A stretch of DNA of 64,000 nucleotides from Bacillota bacterium (GCA_023394875.1 JAEXAB010000001.1:320588-384587), one strand, 5' to 3'. Shown: positions 7,208 to 15,060, numbered from the stretch's first letter. Notes: generated by a model from the sequence alone, not told the origin. Translations and numbers: made by a program.

Positions 7208-9691
7208 ATGGGAAAAATAAAACAGCCAAAGAACCTAACGCCAAGAATAAAATGGCTACGGGACTATTATTTTGAGGGTGTAAAAAGACCCTGGAACAAC
7301 GAATACAAGGTTTTCACTACCGGAGTGCCCCACGATGAGATGTATAACGAACTAACCTATTACATCGTGCCCGAAACGTACTCTTTCTTCGGCACTTTTC
7401 AAAACGGATTGCCCCAAATTGCTAGGCAAATAGACGTTCCCGACAATTTTTATTCCCAAAGCATTGTGGAAAGGCGGGCATGGTTTGTAAAAGAAGCTAT
7501 GACTAAACACGTTCCGTTGGATATTTTGCCCGGTGACCTTCTTTGCGGAGCAAATTTCAATCTTTTCGTCAGTCATTGTTTGACCAAAAAAGAGAAAAAA
7601 GCTCGCGATGCTATTCTTTACGGCAAAGACGGACTTCGCGCCGAAACGGTGGACTTCCACGACCGCGGCTTTGGCAACTGCGGAGCAACCAGCGGACACC
7701 TTATCCCCGACTACGCCACTATTGTAAATAAGGGATTTAGGTATATTATAGAAAAACTTGATAAAAGATATGAAGAATTAACCGAAAAGCAGAAAAAAGG
7801 TAAGGAAGGCGGGGAAATCAGAGCTATGAAAACAGCTGCGGAAATGCCTTGCGAACTGGCAAAAGCGTACTCTGCCCGCCTAAAAGTTCTTGCCGCCGAA
7901 GAAAAAGACGTTTCCCGCAAAAACGAACTTCTGCAAATGAGTCAAAATCTGGAAGTTGTACCCTACAATCCCGCAAAAGACTTGTGGCAGGCTGTTCAAT
8001 CCTTATGGCTTACTCACATGCTGGTTATGTCCGATGAAAACTATCCCGGACCCGGAGTATCGTTTGGTAGACTTGACCAATATCTATATCCTTATTATAT
8101 AAAATCTTTAGACCAAGGCATGACCGAAAACTTCATGAAAGAAATTTTCGAATGCTTTTGGGTGCATTGCAACACAGCCTACGACGCCCAAATTAAGGTC
8201 GGTATGAATCAAGGTATTACCGCAGGCTTCGGTCAGTTGTTTATGATAAGCGGAGTTGGCGAAAACGGTCAAGATTTAACAAATGATTTATCATATTTAC
8301 TGCTTGACGTAATAGACGATATGAGCCCTATTCTGGAGCCTAAGCCCAACGTGCGTATCCATAAAAATTCCCCTACAAAGCTACTGCTCAAATTAGCCGA
8401 TATGATAGCCGAAAGTCAAGGTGCGCCGTTTTTGCTTAACTTTGACGAAAGATCAATGGCGGGCTTGTTGCGTGAGGCAAGAAAGGGCGGTTTTGAAGAC
8501 AAAATCAATCTAAACAACGTTTATGATTATGCCTCAGTGGGCTGCTTAGAAAACACAATGGTCGGTAACGACCGTTCCAGTACGGTAGACGTAAACCTAA
8601 ACTTACTAAAAGCCGTAGAACTAACCCTTGCAAGAGGTGGAGAGCTCAGACAGTATACCGACGCTATCTGGAACAAACCGCTTGTCCCTAAAACCTTTAT
8701 TGATACCGGCGACCCTGCTAAGTTCGCTACCTTTGAAGAGTTTTACGCGGCGTTTGAAACACAGACCAAATTCATTGTCAAAAAAATATTCGAACTATAT
8801 GATAAGAGCACAAGCGTAAGAGCGTGTTTTCACCCCACGCCGTATTTATCTTTGCTGGTCAAAGGCTGTATAGAAAAAGCCCTTGACGTCACTAAAGGCG
8901 GAGCGGAGATTAGGTTTGTTACCGTTGAGGGCGTAACTTTCGCTTCCACTGTCGATAGTCTGCTTGCCATAAAGTATCTTGTTTTTGACAAAAAAATATG
9001 TACTATGGAAGAACTAATAACCGCCCTTAAAGACAACTGGGTGGGACATGAAAAGCTGCAAGCTATAGCCAAGAACAAAGCGCCTAAATACGGCAGGGAC
9101 GATGACGAAGCCGACGAACTTGCCCGTAAGTTTATGGAGCTTTGGTCGGAGGAATGCTGGAAGTATAAGACAACCGCCACCGATGCACAACTTAGACCGG
9201 GTATGCTCAGTTGGAACTACTGGGTAGGCGACGGCTATATCCTATCCGCAAGTCCAGACGGCAGAGCCAACGGACAATTCCTTTCCAATGCCATTTGCCC
9301 CAGTAACGGCGCCGACACAAAGGGACCTACCGCCAACATTAACTCAGTCGGCAAAGCCCTGGGAGGAAAGAGTAAGGACGGCGATTATTTAGATTACGTT
9401 AATTATCTTCCCAACGGAGCCAGCCATACCATTACCCTTTCTCCCGCCCTTGTAAGGGACGACGGACATAAACAAAAGTTAATAGCCTTACTAAAAGGCT
9501 ACGCCGAAAACGGCGGCACGGCATTGCAATTAAATATTCTTGACGCCGAAACGCTTATCGAAGCCCAAAAGAATCCTACCGAATACAGGCATCTGCTTGT
9601 CAGGGTAACGGGCTACAACGCGTATTTCTCTTCTATCGGTCGGGAACTTCAGAACGAAATCATAGCTAGAGAAATCCACAACAAATATTAG
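7208..9691 (+). CDS. glycyl radical enzyme of the PFL2/glycerol-dehydratase (1,2-eliminase) class, substrate unknown
   Basis: The ORF is 827 aa. The C-terminal glycyl-radical motif is LLVRVTGYNAYF, with the Gly802 codon at 9611..9613. The thiyl loop is SVGCLEN, with the Cys446 codon at 8543..8545 and Glu at Cys+2, as in the GCVE loop of choline, glycerol and propanediol eliminases. An AAAGGAGG Shine-Dalgarno lies upstream. Confidence 0.85.
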   Translation: MGKIKQPKNLTPRIKWLRDYYFEGVKRPWNNEYKVFTTGVPHDEMYNELTYYIVPETYSFFGTFQNGLPQIARQIDVPDNFYSQSIVERRAWFVKEAMTKHVPLDILPGDLLCGANFNLFVSHCLTKKEKKARDAILYGKDGLRAETVDFHDRGFGNCGATSGHLIPDYATIVNKGFRYIIEKLDKRYEELTEKQKKGKEGGEIRAMKTAAEMPCELAKAYSARLKVLAAEEKDVSRKNELLQMSQNLEVVPYNPAKDLWQAVQSLWLTHMLVMSDENYPGPGVSFGRLDQYLYPYYIKSLDQGMTENFMKEIFECFWVHCNTAYDAQIKVGMNQGITAGFGQLFMISGVGENGQDLTNDLSYLLLDVIDDMSPILEPKPNVRIHKNSPTKLLLKLADMIAESQGAPFLLNFDERSMAGLLREARKGGFEDKINLNNVYDYASVGCLENTMVGNDRSSTVDVNLNLLKAVELTLARGGELRQYTDAIWNKPLVPKTFIDTGDPAKFATFEEFYAAFETQTKFIVKKIFELYDKSTSVRACFHPTPYLSLLVKGCIEKALDVTKGGAEIRFVTVEGVTFASTVDSLLAIKYLVFDKKICTMEELITALKDNWVGHEKLQAIAKNKAPKYGRDDDEADELARKFMELWSEECWKYKTTATDAQLRPGMLSWNYWVGDGYILSASPDGRANGQFLSNAICPSNGADTKGPTANINSVGKALGGKSKDGDYLDYVNYLPNGASHTITLSPALVRDDGHKQKLIALLKGYAENGGTALQLNILDAETLIEAQKNPTEYRHLLVRVTGYNAYFSSIGRELQNEIIAREIHNKY

Positions 9692-9700
9692 GATAACGCT

Positions 9701-10627
9701 ATGCAAACCTACATACTAGACGTACAAAAAATGTCCACAGAGGACGGCCCCGGGATAAGGACAACGGTCTTTTTCAAGGGCTGCAACCTCAATTGCAAGT
9801 GGTGCCACAATCCCGAATCTATTTCTTCAAGCCAACATATATTTTGGCTTGAAGATAGGTGTATGGGTTGCAATACCTGCATAGAAGTATGCCCAAATGG
9901 CGCTGTTTCCTTGCAGAGTGACGGAATAAAAACCGACAACAAACTTTGCGACTTTTGTAATAAGTGCATAGAAGAATGCCCCATGAACGCCTTGGAAATT
10001 AAAGGAGAAGTTATTACCGTAGAGGCTTTAGTCAATGAACTGATTAAGGATAAAGCATACTACGACACCAGTCACGGCGGAGTTACTTTATCGGGCGGAG
10101 AGGTTGTACTTAACTGGCAATACGCTTTGGAACTACTAAAGGAACTAAAAACAAGAGGAGTTCATACCGCCATAGACACCGCAGGATGTTATTCTTATTC
10201 TGTATTAGAAAACTTACTGCCTTACGTCGACCTTATTTTATACGACATCAAGCATATTGATAATGATAAGCATAAGCAACTTACCGGAGTGGAAAACACT
10301 TTGATTTTGGAAAACGCCAAAAAACTTGGCAGCTTAGAAAAACCAAAAATATGGATAAGGACGCCGATAATCCCCGACGCTACCGACTCCGAAGAAAATA
10401 TAATCGGAATAGCTAATTTTATAAAGGACAATATGCCGAATATAGAAAAGTGGGAGTTAGTAAGTTTTAACAATCTTGGCAAGCAAAAATACAAACTATT
10501 AGGTAGAGATTGGGTTTACAAGGATTCTCCCCTAATAACAAAAGCAAAAATGCAAAGACTTAACGATTTAGCAAAGCAAATAACCAACAAAGTAACGTGG
10601 TCGGGAGCGACCAGACTGGAGGTATAG
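9701..10627 (+). CDS. glycyl-radical enzyme activating protein (radical SAM, with a two-cluster ferredoxin insert)
   Basis: The ORF is 308 aa. It has DGPGIRTTVFFKGCNLNCKWCHNPE (CX3CX2C at C28/C32/C35), two ferredoxin-type motifs (CMGCNTCIEVCP and CDFCNKCIEECP) and GGVTLSGGE. It lies immediately downstream of the GRE. Confidence 0.9.
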   Translation: MQTYILDVQKMSTEDGPGIRTTVFFKGCNLNCKWCHNPESISSSQHIFWLEDRCMGCNTCIEVCPNGAVSLQSDGIKTDNKLCDFCNKCIEECPMNALEIKGEVITVEALVNELIKDKAYYDTSHGGVTLSGGEVVLNWQYALELLKELKTRGVHTAIDTAGCYSYSVLENLLPYVDLILYDIKHIDNDKHKQLTGVENTLILENAKKLGSLEKPKIWIRTPIIPDATDSEENIIGIANFIKDNMPNIEKWELVSFNNLGKQKYKLLGRDWVYKDSPLITKAKMQRLNDLAKQITNKVTWSGATRLEV

Positions 10628-10629
10628 TT

Positions 10630-11466
10630 ATGACAGCAATAATCAGCAAAGAAGACATGCAAAAATTCGCCGTTACCGGCAAAATCGGTCTGATTTCCAC
10701 TATTAGTCCTTTCGGAGAACCGCATATTACCCTTATTACTTCAATTCAGGCAAAGGATGAAAAAACAATAATGTGGGGGCAGTTTACTCACGGACTTAGC
10801 AAAGAGTACGTCAATAAAAATCCCCTGACAGGCTTTCTTGTGCTAAACTTAGAAAAAAAATGGTGGCGTGGCAAAACCGAATACCGTGATAGTACCGAAA
10901 CTGGCGAAGACTTCGATATGTACAACAATCAGCCCCTCTTCCGCTACAATACATACTTTGGTGTCGGCAGAGTGCATTATATGGATCTTAAAGACTTTTC
11001 CGGTAAGCAGGATTTACCCATGGGTGGCATTATTAAGGGAGCGCTCCTTGGTAAAATGATAAAACCCTTTGTAAAACCCAGTCCTGACGGTATCAAAAAA
11101 ATAAAAGGGATCAGCGTCAAGCTAGCCAAAGACCTAACTTCACTAAAATTCTTGTCCTACATAGACGAAGAAGGCTTTCCTGTTCTGCTCCCCGTCCTTC
11201 AAGCAACCATGAAAGACGAAGGCAGAATATATATTCCACTTACCGCCTACGGTGAGGAAATCAAAAAAATAAAACCCGGTTCCAAAGTAGCCTTATTCTA
11301 TGCCAACCTAGAACTTTCCAGCGTGCTTTTCCAAGGTTACTTTACCGGCATAGAAAAAAAGCTGGGCGTAAGCTACGCTATTTTCGATATTTCCAAGGTC
11401 TACAACTCCATGGTCCCCATTCCCGGCTACATCTACCCAATGGAACCATATTCGGTTGTACATTAA
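10630..11466 (+). CDS. hypothetical protein, possibly a PNPOx-like FMN-binding split-barrel (apparently duplicated domain)
   Basis: I placed the start at the ATG at 10630 (MTAIISKEDMQKF...). GGAGG lies 7 nt upstream and the start is 2 nt after the activase stop. The segments GLISTISPFGEPHITLITS and FLSYIDEEGFPVLLPV resemble the first strands of pyridoxamine-phosphate-oxidase-like split barrels. The assignment is tentative. Confidence 0.35.
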   Translation: MTAIISKEDMQKFAVTGKIGLISTISPFGEPHITLITSIQAKDEKTIMWGQFTHGLSKEYVNKNPLTGFLVLNLEKKWWRGKTEYRDSTETGEDFDMYNNQPLFRYNTYFGVGRVHYMDLKDFSGKQDLPMGGIIKGALLGKMIKPFVKPSPDGIKKIKGISVKLAKDLTSLKFLSYIDEEGFPVLLPVLQATMKDEGRIYIPLTAYGEEIKKIKPGSKVALFYANLELSSVLFQGYFTGIEKKLGVSYAIFDISKVYNSMVPIPGYIYPMEPYSVVH

Positions 11467-11530
11467 TAACAAATAAAACTATAATAACCGAATTATTATA
11501 CAAAGATAATTACCAATTTTGCAACAAAAA

Positions 11531-11559
11531 AGCAACCACATATCGGGTTGCTTTTTTTC
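11531..11559 (+). terminator. rho-independent terminator of the GntR-GRE operon
   Basis: AGCAACC (11531..11537), an 8-nt loop, GGTTGCT (11546..11552), then a T7 run. It lies 65 nt after the stop at 11466. Confidence 0.75.
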
Positions 11560-11638
11560 TATAGTATTCTTGAATTTAAGATTGATATTTTCATATGTCG
11601 TAAATATGTATGTTCTATTGATTTACAAAATTTTGAGT

Positions 11639-11872
11639 GGTAAAATAACAAGAGAACACATTACAGCTTATACCGCAAAAGCCGAAGGAATCCGTAACGA
11701 ACATCCCATTTCCCTAAAAGAAATCAATTTCCATATTTCTATCGAATCCGAAGATATTATTGACTCCGACCTTGCCTTAACCGTCAAACAAGCCGAAACC
11801 ATCTCCCCCGTCTGGCTTGCCATAAAAAATAACGTAACAGTAAACGTTACTTATGAGATAAAATCAAAGTGA
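11639..11872 (+). pseudogene. 3' fragment of an OsmC/YhfA-like gene (about the C-terminal 75 codons); the N-terminal half is absent
   Basis: The tail of the 117-aa ORF reads ...INFHISIESEDIIDSDLALTVKQAETISPVWLAIKNNVTVNVTYEIKSK. This follows the C-terminal pattern of OsmC/YhfA-like proteins, but Ser replaces the usual Cys (..CPV..). The upstream part of the ORF overlaps the operon terminator and looks non-coding. Confidence 0.3.
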
Positions 11873-12187
11873 CACGATCAACTGCATCTTAAAGCGTTCT
11901 TCGCCGTATACTGCGTGAGGTATATCTTTTGGCATAATGAGCGTATCGCCTTCTTTAAGGATAAAGACTTTGTCGCCGACCGTAAACTTTCCTATACCGT
12001 CAAGCACGGTTACCATAGCGTCTCCGCCTGATGCGTGAGTAGATATTTCTTCTCCCTTGTCAAAAGAAAACAAAGTCATGCTGACAAGATTATTCTGCAC
12101 AAGCGTTTTGCTGACAACTTGCCCGTCCTGATAAGCGACCAAATCTTTCAAATTAAGTTTTGCGGTTTTCTCTATATTTTTATACAT
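11864..12187 (-). CDS. cupin-domain protein (cupin_2 type)
   Basis: The ORF is 107 aa. It has G-x5-H-x-H-like and downstream cupin motifs (EEISTHASGGDAMVTVLDG...GDTLIMPKDIPHAV). GGAGGT lies 11 nt upstream of the ATG at 12187. Confidence 0.75.
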   Translation of the reverse strand: MYKNIEKTAKLNLKDLVAYQDGQVVSKTLVQNNLVSMTLFSFDKGEEISTHASGGDAMVTVLDGIGKFTVGDKVFILKEGDTLIMPKDIPHAVYGEERFKMQLIVSL

Positions 12188-12223
12188 AGTTTTATAATAC
12201 CTCCGTCAGTATAGTATGTGTTT

Positions 12224-12251
12224 ATTATATCATAATATATAACTTTGTCTA
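12224..12251 (-). promoter_or_regulatory. candidate promoter of the cupin gene
   Basis: On the minus strand it reads TAGACA (12251..12246), a 16-nt spacer, then TATAAT (12229..12224) preceded by TGA. Confidence 0.4.
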
Positions 12252-12261
12252 TAGTGTAAGC

Positions 12262-12346
12262 TAGCGAACCGTGAACCTTTAGGTTCGATTCCCGCAAAAT
12301 AAGAGAAAAGACCACAGTATTGTGGTCTTTTGGCGTTCCCGGCGGG
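12262..12346. repeat. 85-bp perfect direct repeat, copy 1 (last 16 nt of tRNA-Arg, its terminator and 44 nt beyond), not attached to a tRNA body
   Basis: Bases 12262..12346 are identical base for base to 12435..12519, an offset of 173 nt. Confidence 0.9.
12306..12330 (-). terminator. duplicated copy of the tRNA terminator hairpin (symmetric, potentially bidirectional)
   Basis: AAAAGACCACA-GTAT-TGTGGTCTTTT, identical to the hairpin at 12479..12503. Confidence 0.6.
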
Positions 12347-12434
12347 GGCGACGCGTTAAGCTAAGTTGCCAGTGGCAAGTTAGTAGCCAAAGCCGTGCAG
12401 CAAGCTGTGCTTGCAAGCCGGAGGGGTGAGCGCT

Positions 12435-12519
12435 TAGCGAACCGTGAACCTTTAGGTTCGATTCCCGCAAAATAAGAGAAAAGACCACAGTATTGTGGTC
12501 TTTTGGCGTTCCCGGCGGG
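12435..12519. repeat. 85-bp perfect direct repeat, copy 2 (overlaps the true 3' end of tRNA-Arg)
   Basis: See copy 1. The last 16 nt (12504..12519) are the acceptor 3' strand plus CCA of the tRNA. Confidence 0.9.
12479..12503 (-). terminator. rho-independent terminator directly after tRNA-Arg
   Basis: An 11-bp stem AAAAGACCACA/TGTGGTCTTTT with a 4-nt loop. A-runs and T-runs sit on both sides, so it could act on either strand. Confidence 0.7.
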
Positions 12520-12580
12520 AATCGAACCCACGGCCTAACGCTTAGGAGGCGTTCGCTCTATCCTACTGAGCTACGGAAAC
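12504..12580 (-). tRNA. tRNA-Arg (anticodon CCT), 77 nt with genomically encoded CCA
   Basis: The minus strand reads GTTTCCGTAGCTCAGTAGGATAGAGCGAACGCCTCCTAAGCGTTAGGCCGTGGGTTCGATTCCCGCCGGGAACGCCA. The acceptor stem is GTTTCCG/CGGGAAC (one G-U pair). The D-loop is AGCTCAGTAGGATAGAGC. The anticodon stem is AACGC/GCGTT with loop CTCCTAA, giving anticodon CCT. The T-arm is GTGGG-TTCGATT-CCCGC. Confidence 0.9.
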
Positions 12581-12715
12581 TTATTTTGTATAACTTATTC
12601 TTTGTTATGGTTTTTGCAGTCTTATTATCTTTTGGGAATGCTTTTGTATTATATATCATTTTTGTAGTTTTTGCAATCGTTTGATATATTTAGCTTTTCT
12701 ATTGAATATTTATGG

Positions 12716-12748
12716 CAAAAAAGTAATGGCGGTTATAACTACCGCCAT
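12716..12748 (-). terminator. rho-independent terminator closing the minus-strand operon 19898..12784
   Basis: On the minus strand it reads ATGGCGGT-AGTTATA-ACCGCCAT followed by TACTTTTTTG. It lies about 35 nt after the stop at 12784. Confidence 0.65.
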
Positions 12749-12783
12749 ATATAATTAAGCTATATTTTTATTGTTAATATTTT

Positions 12784-13218
12784 TTAGGTATAGCAAGTAC
12801 GGTTGATTACATTTTGCCAAGGGGCAAAAAGAGTGGTCTCCACCGCTACATTGATTTTTTCTTTATTAAGTTTTTTCAAAAAGGAAATGAGGGCATCGGG
12901 GTTTTGCAGCATTGGCTCGCCGCCGCTAAGCGTTACCCCGCCGCCTGTGGAGAAATAATACTTTTTATCCTTTATTACCGTGTCAAAAATTTCTTGAACG
13001 GTATACTTTTTTTCGCCTATATCCAAAGAGGCGTCAAGCCCCTCGGGATTTTGGCACCAAAGACACCTCAGTCCACAGCCCTTGAAAAAAACCGTAGTTC
13101 TTATCCCGGGACCGTCGTGGACGCAGGTTCTTTGAATCTTAAATACTTTTAACTCGTAATTTTTCCCTAATTCTTGCTTGCTTTTTACCTCTCCGCTAGC
13201 GTCCTTATCATTTAACAT
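12784..13218 (-). CDS. short (144-aa) PflA-type glycyl-radical-enzyme activase-like protein, apparently lacking the C-terminal ~100 residues (possible pseudogene)
   Basis: It has VHDGPGIRTTVFFKGCGLRCLWCQNPE (CX3CX2C) and GGGVTLSGGEP. The ORF ends right after ...VAVETTLFAPWQNV, where full-length activases such as the 308-aa one at 9701 continue for about 100 aa. No GRE partner gene is adjacent. Confidence 0.55.
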   Translation of the reverse strand: MLNDKDASGEVKSKQELGKNYELKVFKIQRTCVHDGPGIRTTVFFKGCGLRCLWCQNPEGLDASLDIGEKKYTVQEIFDTVIKDKKYYFSTGGGVTLSGGEPMLQNPDALISFLKKLNKEKINVAVETTLFAPWQNVINRTCYT

Positions 13219-13278
13219 AATTATCTCCTTGAGCTAGAAAACTCCTCGCGATAATAATATATTATTTACAGCACAAAT

Positions 13279-15051
13279 TTACCATTTTGGACGGATAAAC
13301 CTCTTTTGCTCCTCGGTAAGGTCAAGTCCCAAGGTGCCGCCCGGGTTCATAATGTTGTTGGGGTCGAAATGATTTTTGAGTACCTTGAATATTTCCATCT
13401 GATTAGTGCCGATTTGTCCTTCCAGCCAAGGCGCAAACATTTTGCCTATACCGTGGTGGTGACTGATAGCTGCGCCCGACTTTTGGATATGGTCCAATAT
13501 ACCGCGATGGTATTGTAGATAATCTTCAAGCTCGCTCATCTTTGTGATAAAGATAAAGTATAAATTGGCTCCCTGCGGATAAGCATGCGACATGTGCGTT
13601 GTGCAAATGGTGTTGGGGCGGGATTTGCAATATGCCCTAACCATTTCGTGCACCTTGGGCATATTATCCCAATTAACCGTACATTCCAAAGTATCGGTCA
13701 TTATGCCGAAGTCCTGCATGCTGTCGCGCAAATACGGGTCTCTAAAACGTCCCTTCTCCCAGCCGTTTACCGGGAAAGCTCCAAGGGGCATTGCTTTATA
13801 CTTACGGCAAATTTTTCTTACCCTCTTAGCTTGGTTTTTGCACATACCTTTTTCGCCGTCAGCCCAACCTAAGAATAAGCACTTGCCGTCTACGTTCTCC
13901 CCTTTCATGGCTCTTTCCACGTCAAAGGTAGGATAACCTGCTTTCTCTAAAAACTTGATTACAAAAGGTATATCGTCCAAACCGTAAAGTCTCATCATCA
14001 GCTCGGTTTCTTCGGGGTCAGATAACCTAAATACCGACGGATGGCCGAACTCTCCCTGCATAATTTCTCTTGCAGCTGCTTGCGCGTCTGCCCAGCTTTT
14101 GAACATATAGCTGTATTTTATGCGGTTTTCGGGCATATAGCGGAAAAAGCGTAAAGTAACATGGGTAAGAATACCGTATGCTCCCTCATTGCCCATCATT
14201 ATTTGATTTACGTCGGGTCCTGTAGCTTTGGCGGGATAATCGTCGGTAACGATTTTTCCTCTGGGAGTAATATATTCCTGTCCAAGAACGATGTGTTCTA
14301 TCTTTCCGTAATAAGTGGAGTTTTGTCCTGCGCCGCGTGTAACCGTCCAACCGCCGACAGAACTATATTCAAAGGATTGGGGGAAGTGTCCGCAAGTGTA
14401 AGCCATCTTCGCGTTAAATTCGGCAACTGCGTTATTGAGGTGCTTTTCCAAATCGGGACCGCTCATACCGGCTTGTACCGTAATGGTTTGGTTAAGCTCG
14501 TTAAACTTAATAACCTTATTAAATCTCGGGCGCATATCCAAAGAAATTCCGCCCTTAACACATTCCACACCGCGGGTAACCGAAGAACCGCCGCCGTAAA
14601 CGTAAACGGGAATTAACTGCTCGTCACAGTAAGCAACGATTTTTTCTATTTCTTCGGCGTTATCGGGATAGATTACTATATCGGGAATGTTCTCAACAAC
14701 GTGCTTTCTTAGTCTCATAAGATCGTGCATTGTCTTGCCGTAAGCAACCGACAAGCGGGAATAACAGTCTCTCTTGACGTATTCTTTGCCGACTATTTCT
14801 TCAAACTTTTTTATTTGTTCCTCGGTAAGCTTAATTGGCACGTCAAAATCAACTTTCTCATAGCCTGTTTCTTTAGGAGCCTTAAAATCCTCGTCGGTCA
14901 TAAGGAAGATTTTCTTCATCATTTTATATAAACTCTCTTTGGGAACTTTGAACTCGTCCGGATGCCCCCATTTGAGTATGCTTCTGTAACTGCCTGCCGG
15001 CGCTCTTTTTTCCTGCCAATCAGGTCGGAATCCTTTATAAGGTTTGGACAT
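13279..15051 (-). CDS. FAD-binding oxidase, alkyl-dihydroxyacetone-phosphate-synthase / GlcD-like (FAD_binding_4 plus FAD-oxidase C domain)
   Basis: The ORF is 590 aa. The PCMH-type FAD domain reads PDIVIYPDNAEEIEKIVAYCDEQLIPVYVYGGGSSVTRG. The long N-terminal extension and C-terminal HHHGIG motif match the AGPS-like subgroup. Confidence 0.7.
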   Translation of the reverse strand: MSKPYKGFRPDWQEKRAPAGSYRSILKWGHPDEFKVPKESLYKMMKKIFLMTDEDFKAPKETGYEKVDFDVPIKLTEEQIKKFEEIVGKEYVKRDCYSRLSVAYGKTMHDLMRLRKHVVENIPDIVIYPDNAEEIEKIVAYCDEQLIPVYVYGGGSSVTRGVECVKGGISLDMRPRFNKVIKFNELNQTITVQAGMSGPDLEKHLNNAVAEFNAKMAYTCGHFPQSFEYSSVGGWTVTRGAGQNSTYYGKIEHIVLGQEYITPRGKIVTDDYPAKATGPDVNQIMMGNEGAYGILTHVTLRFFRYMPENRIKYSYMFKSWADAQAAAREIMQGEFGHPSVFRLSDPEETELMMRLYGLDDIPFVIKFLEKAGYPTFDVERAMKGENVDGKCLFLGWADGEKGMCKNQAKRVRKICRKYKAMPLGAFPVNGWEKGRFRDPYLRDSMQDFGIMTDTLECTVNWDNMPKVHEMVRAYCKSRPNTICTTHMSHAYPQGANLYFIFITKMSELEDYLQYHRGILDHIQKSGAAISHHHGIGKMFAPWLEGQIGTNQMEIFKVLKNHFDPNNIMNPGGTLGLDLTEEQKRFIRPKW

Positions 15052-15060
15052 AACTACCTC

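Noticed and set aside
10597-10629. The upstream extension of the 289-aa ORF (start at 10597, overlapping the activase gene by 31 nt).
   Set aside because: The ATG at 10630 has a GGAGG Shine-Dalgarno at ideal spacing and sits 2 nt after the activase stop. The extension adds only MVGSDQTGGIV, read from the activase 3' end in another frame.
11519-11638. The N-terminal 40 codons of the 117-aa ORF at 11519..11872.
   Set aside because: They start with TTG and overlap the rho-independent terminator of the upstream operon. The product is a hydrophobic low-complexity string (SGCFFSIVFLNLRLIFSYVV). Only the 3' part resembles a real protein family.
12347-12434. The 88-nt spacer plus the duplicated 16-nt acceptor end might be a second (long-arm or intron-containing) tRNA or a tmRNA.
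   Set aside because: A 7-bp acceptor-like pairing (GTTCACG with CGGGAAC, one mismatch) can be drawn. However, there is no T-arm (no GTTCRANYC next to the 3' strand) and no D-arm, and the length would be about 119 nt. No tmRNA tag-frame or pseudoknot features are evident.
12279-12684. ORF-track entries 12279..12488 (-) and 12493..12684 (+).
   Set aside because: They run through the tRNA-Arg gene, its terminator and the 85-bp repeat. The products (for example MWSFGVPGGNRTHGLTLRRRSLYPTELRK) are simply the tRNA sequence read as protein.
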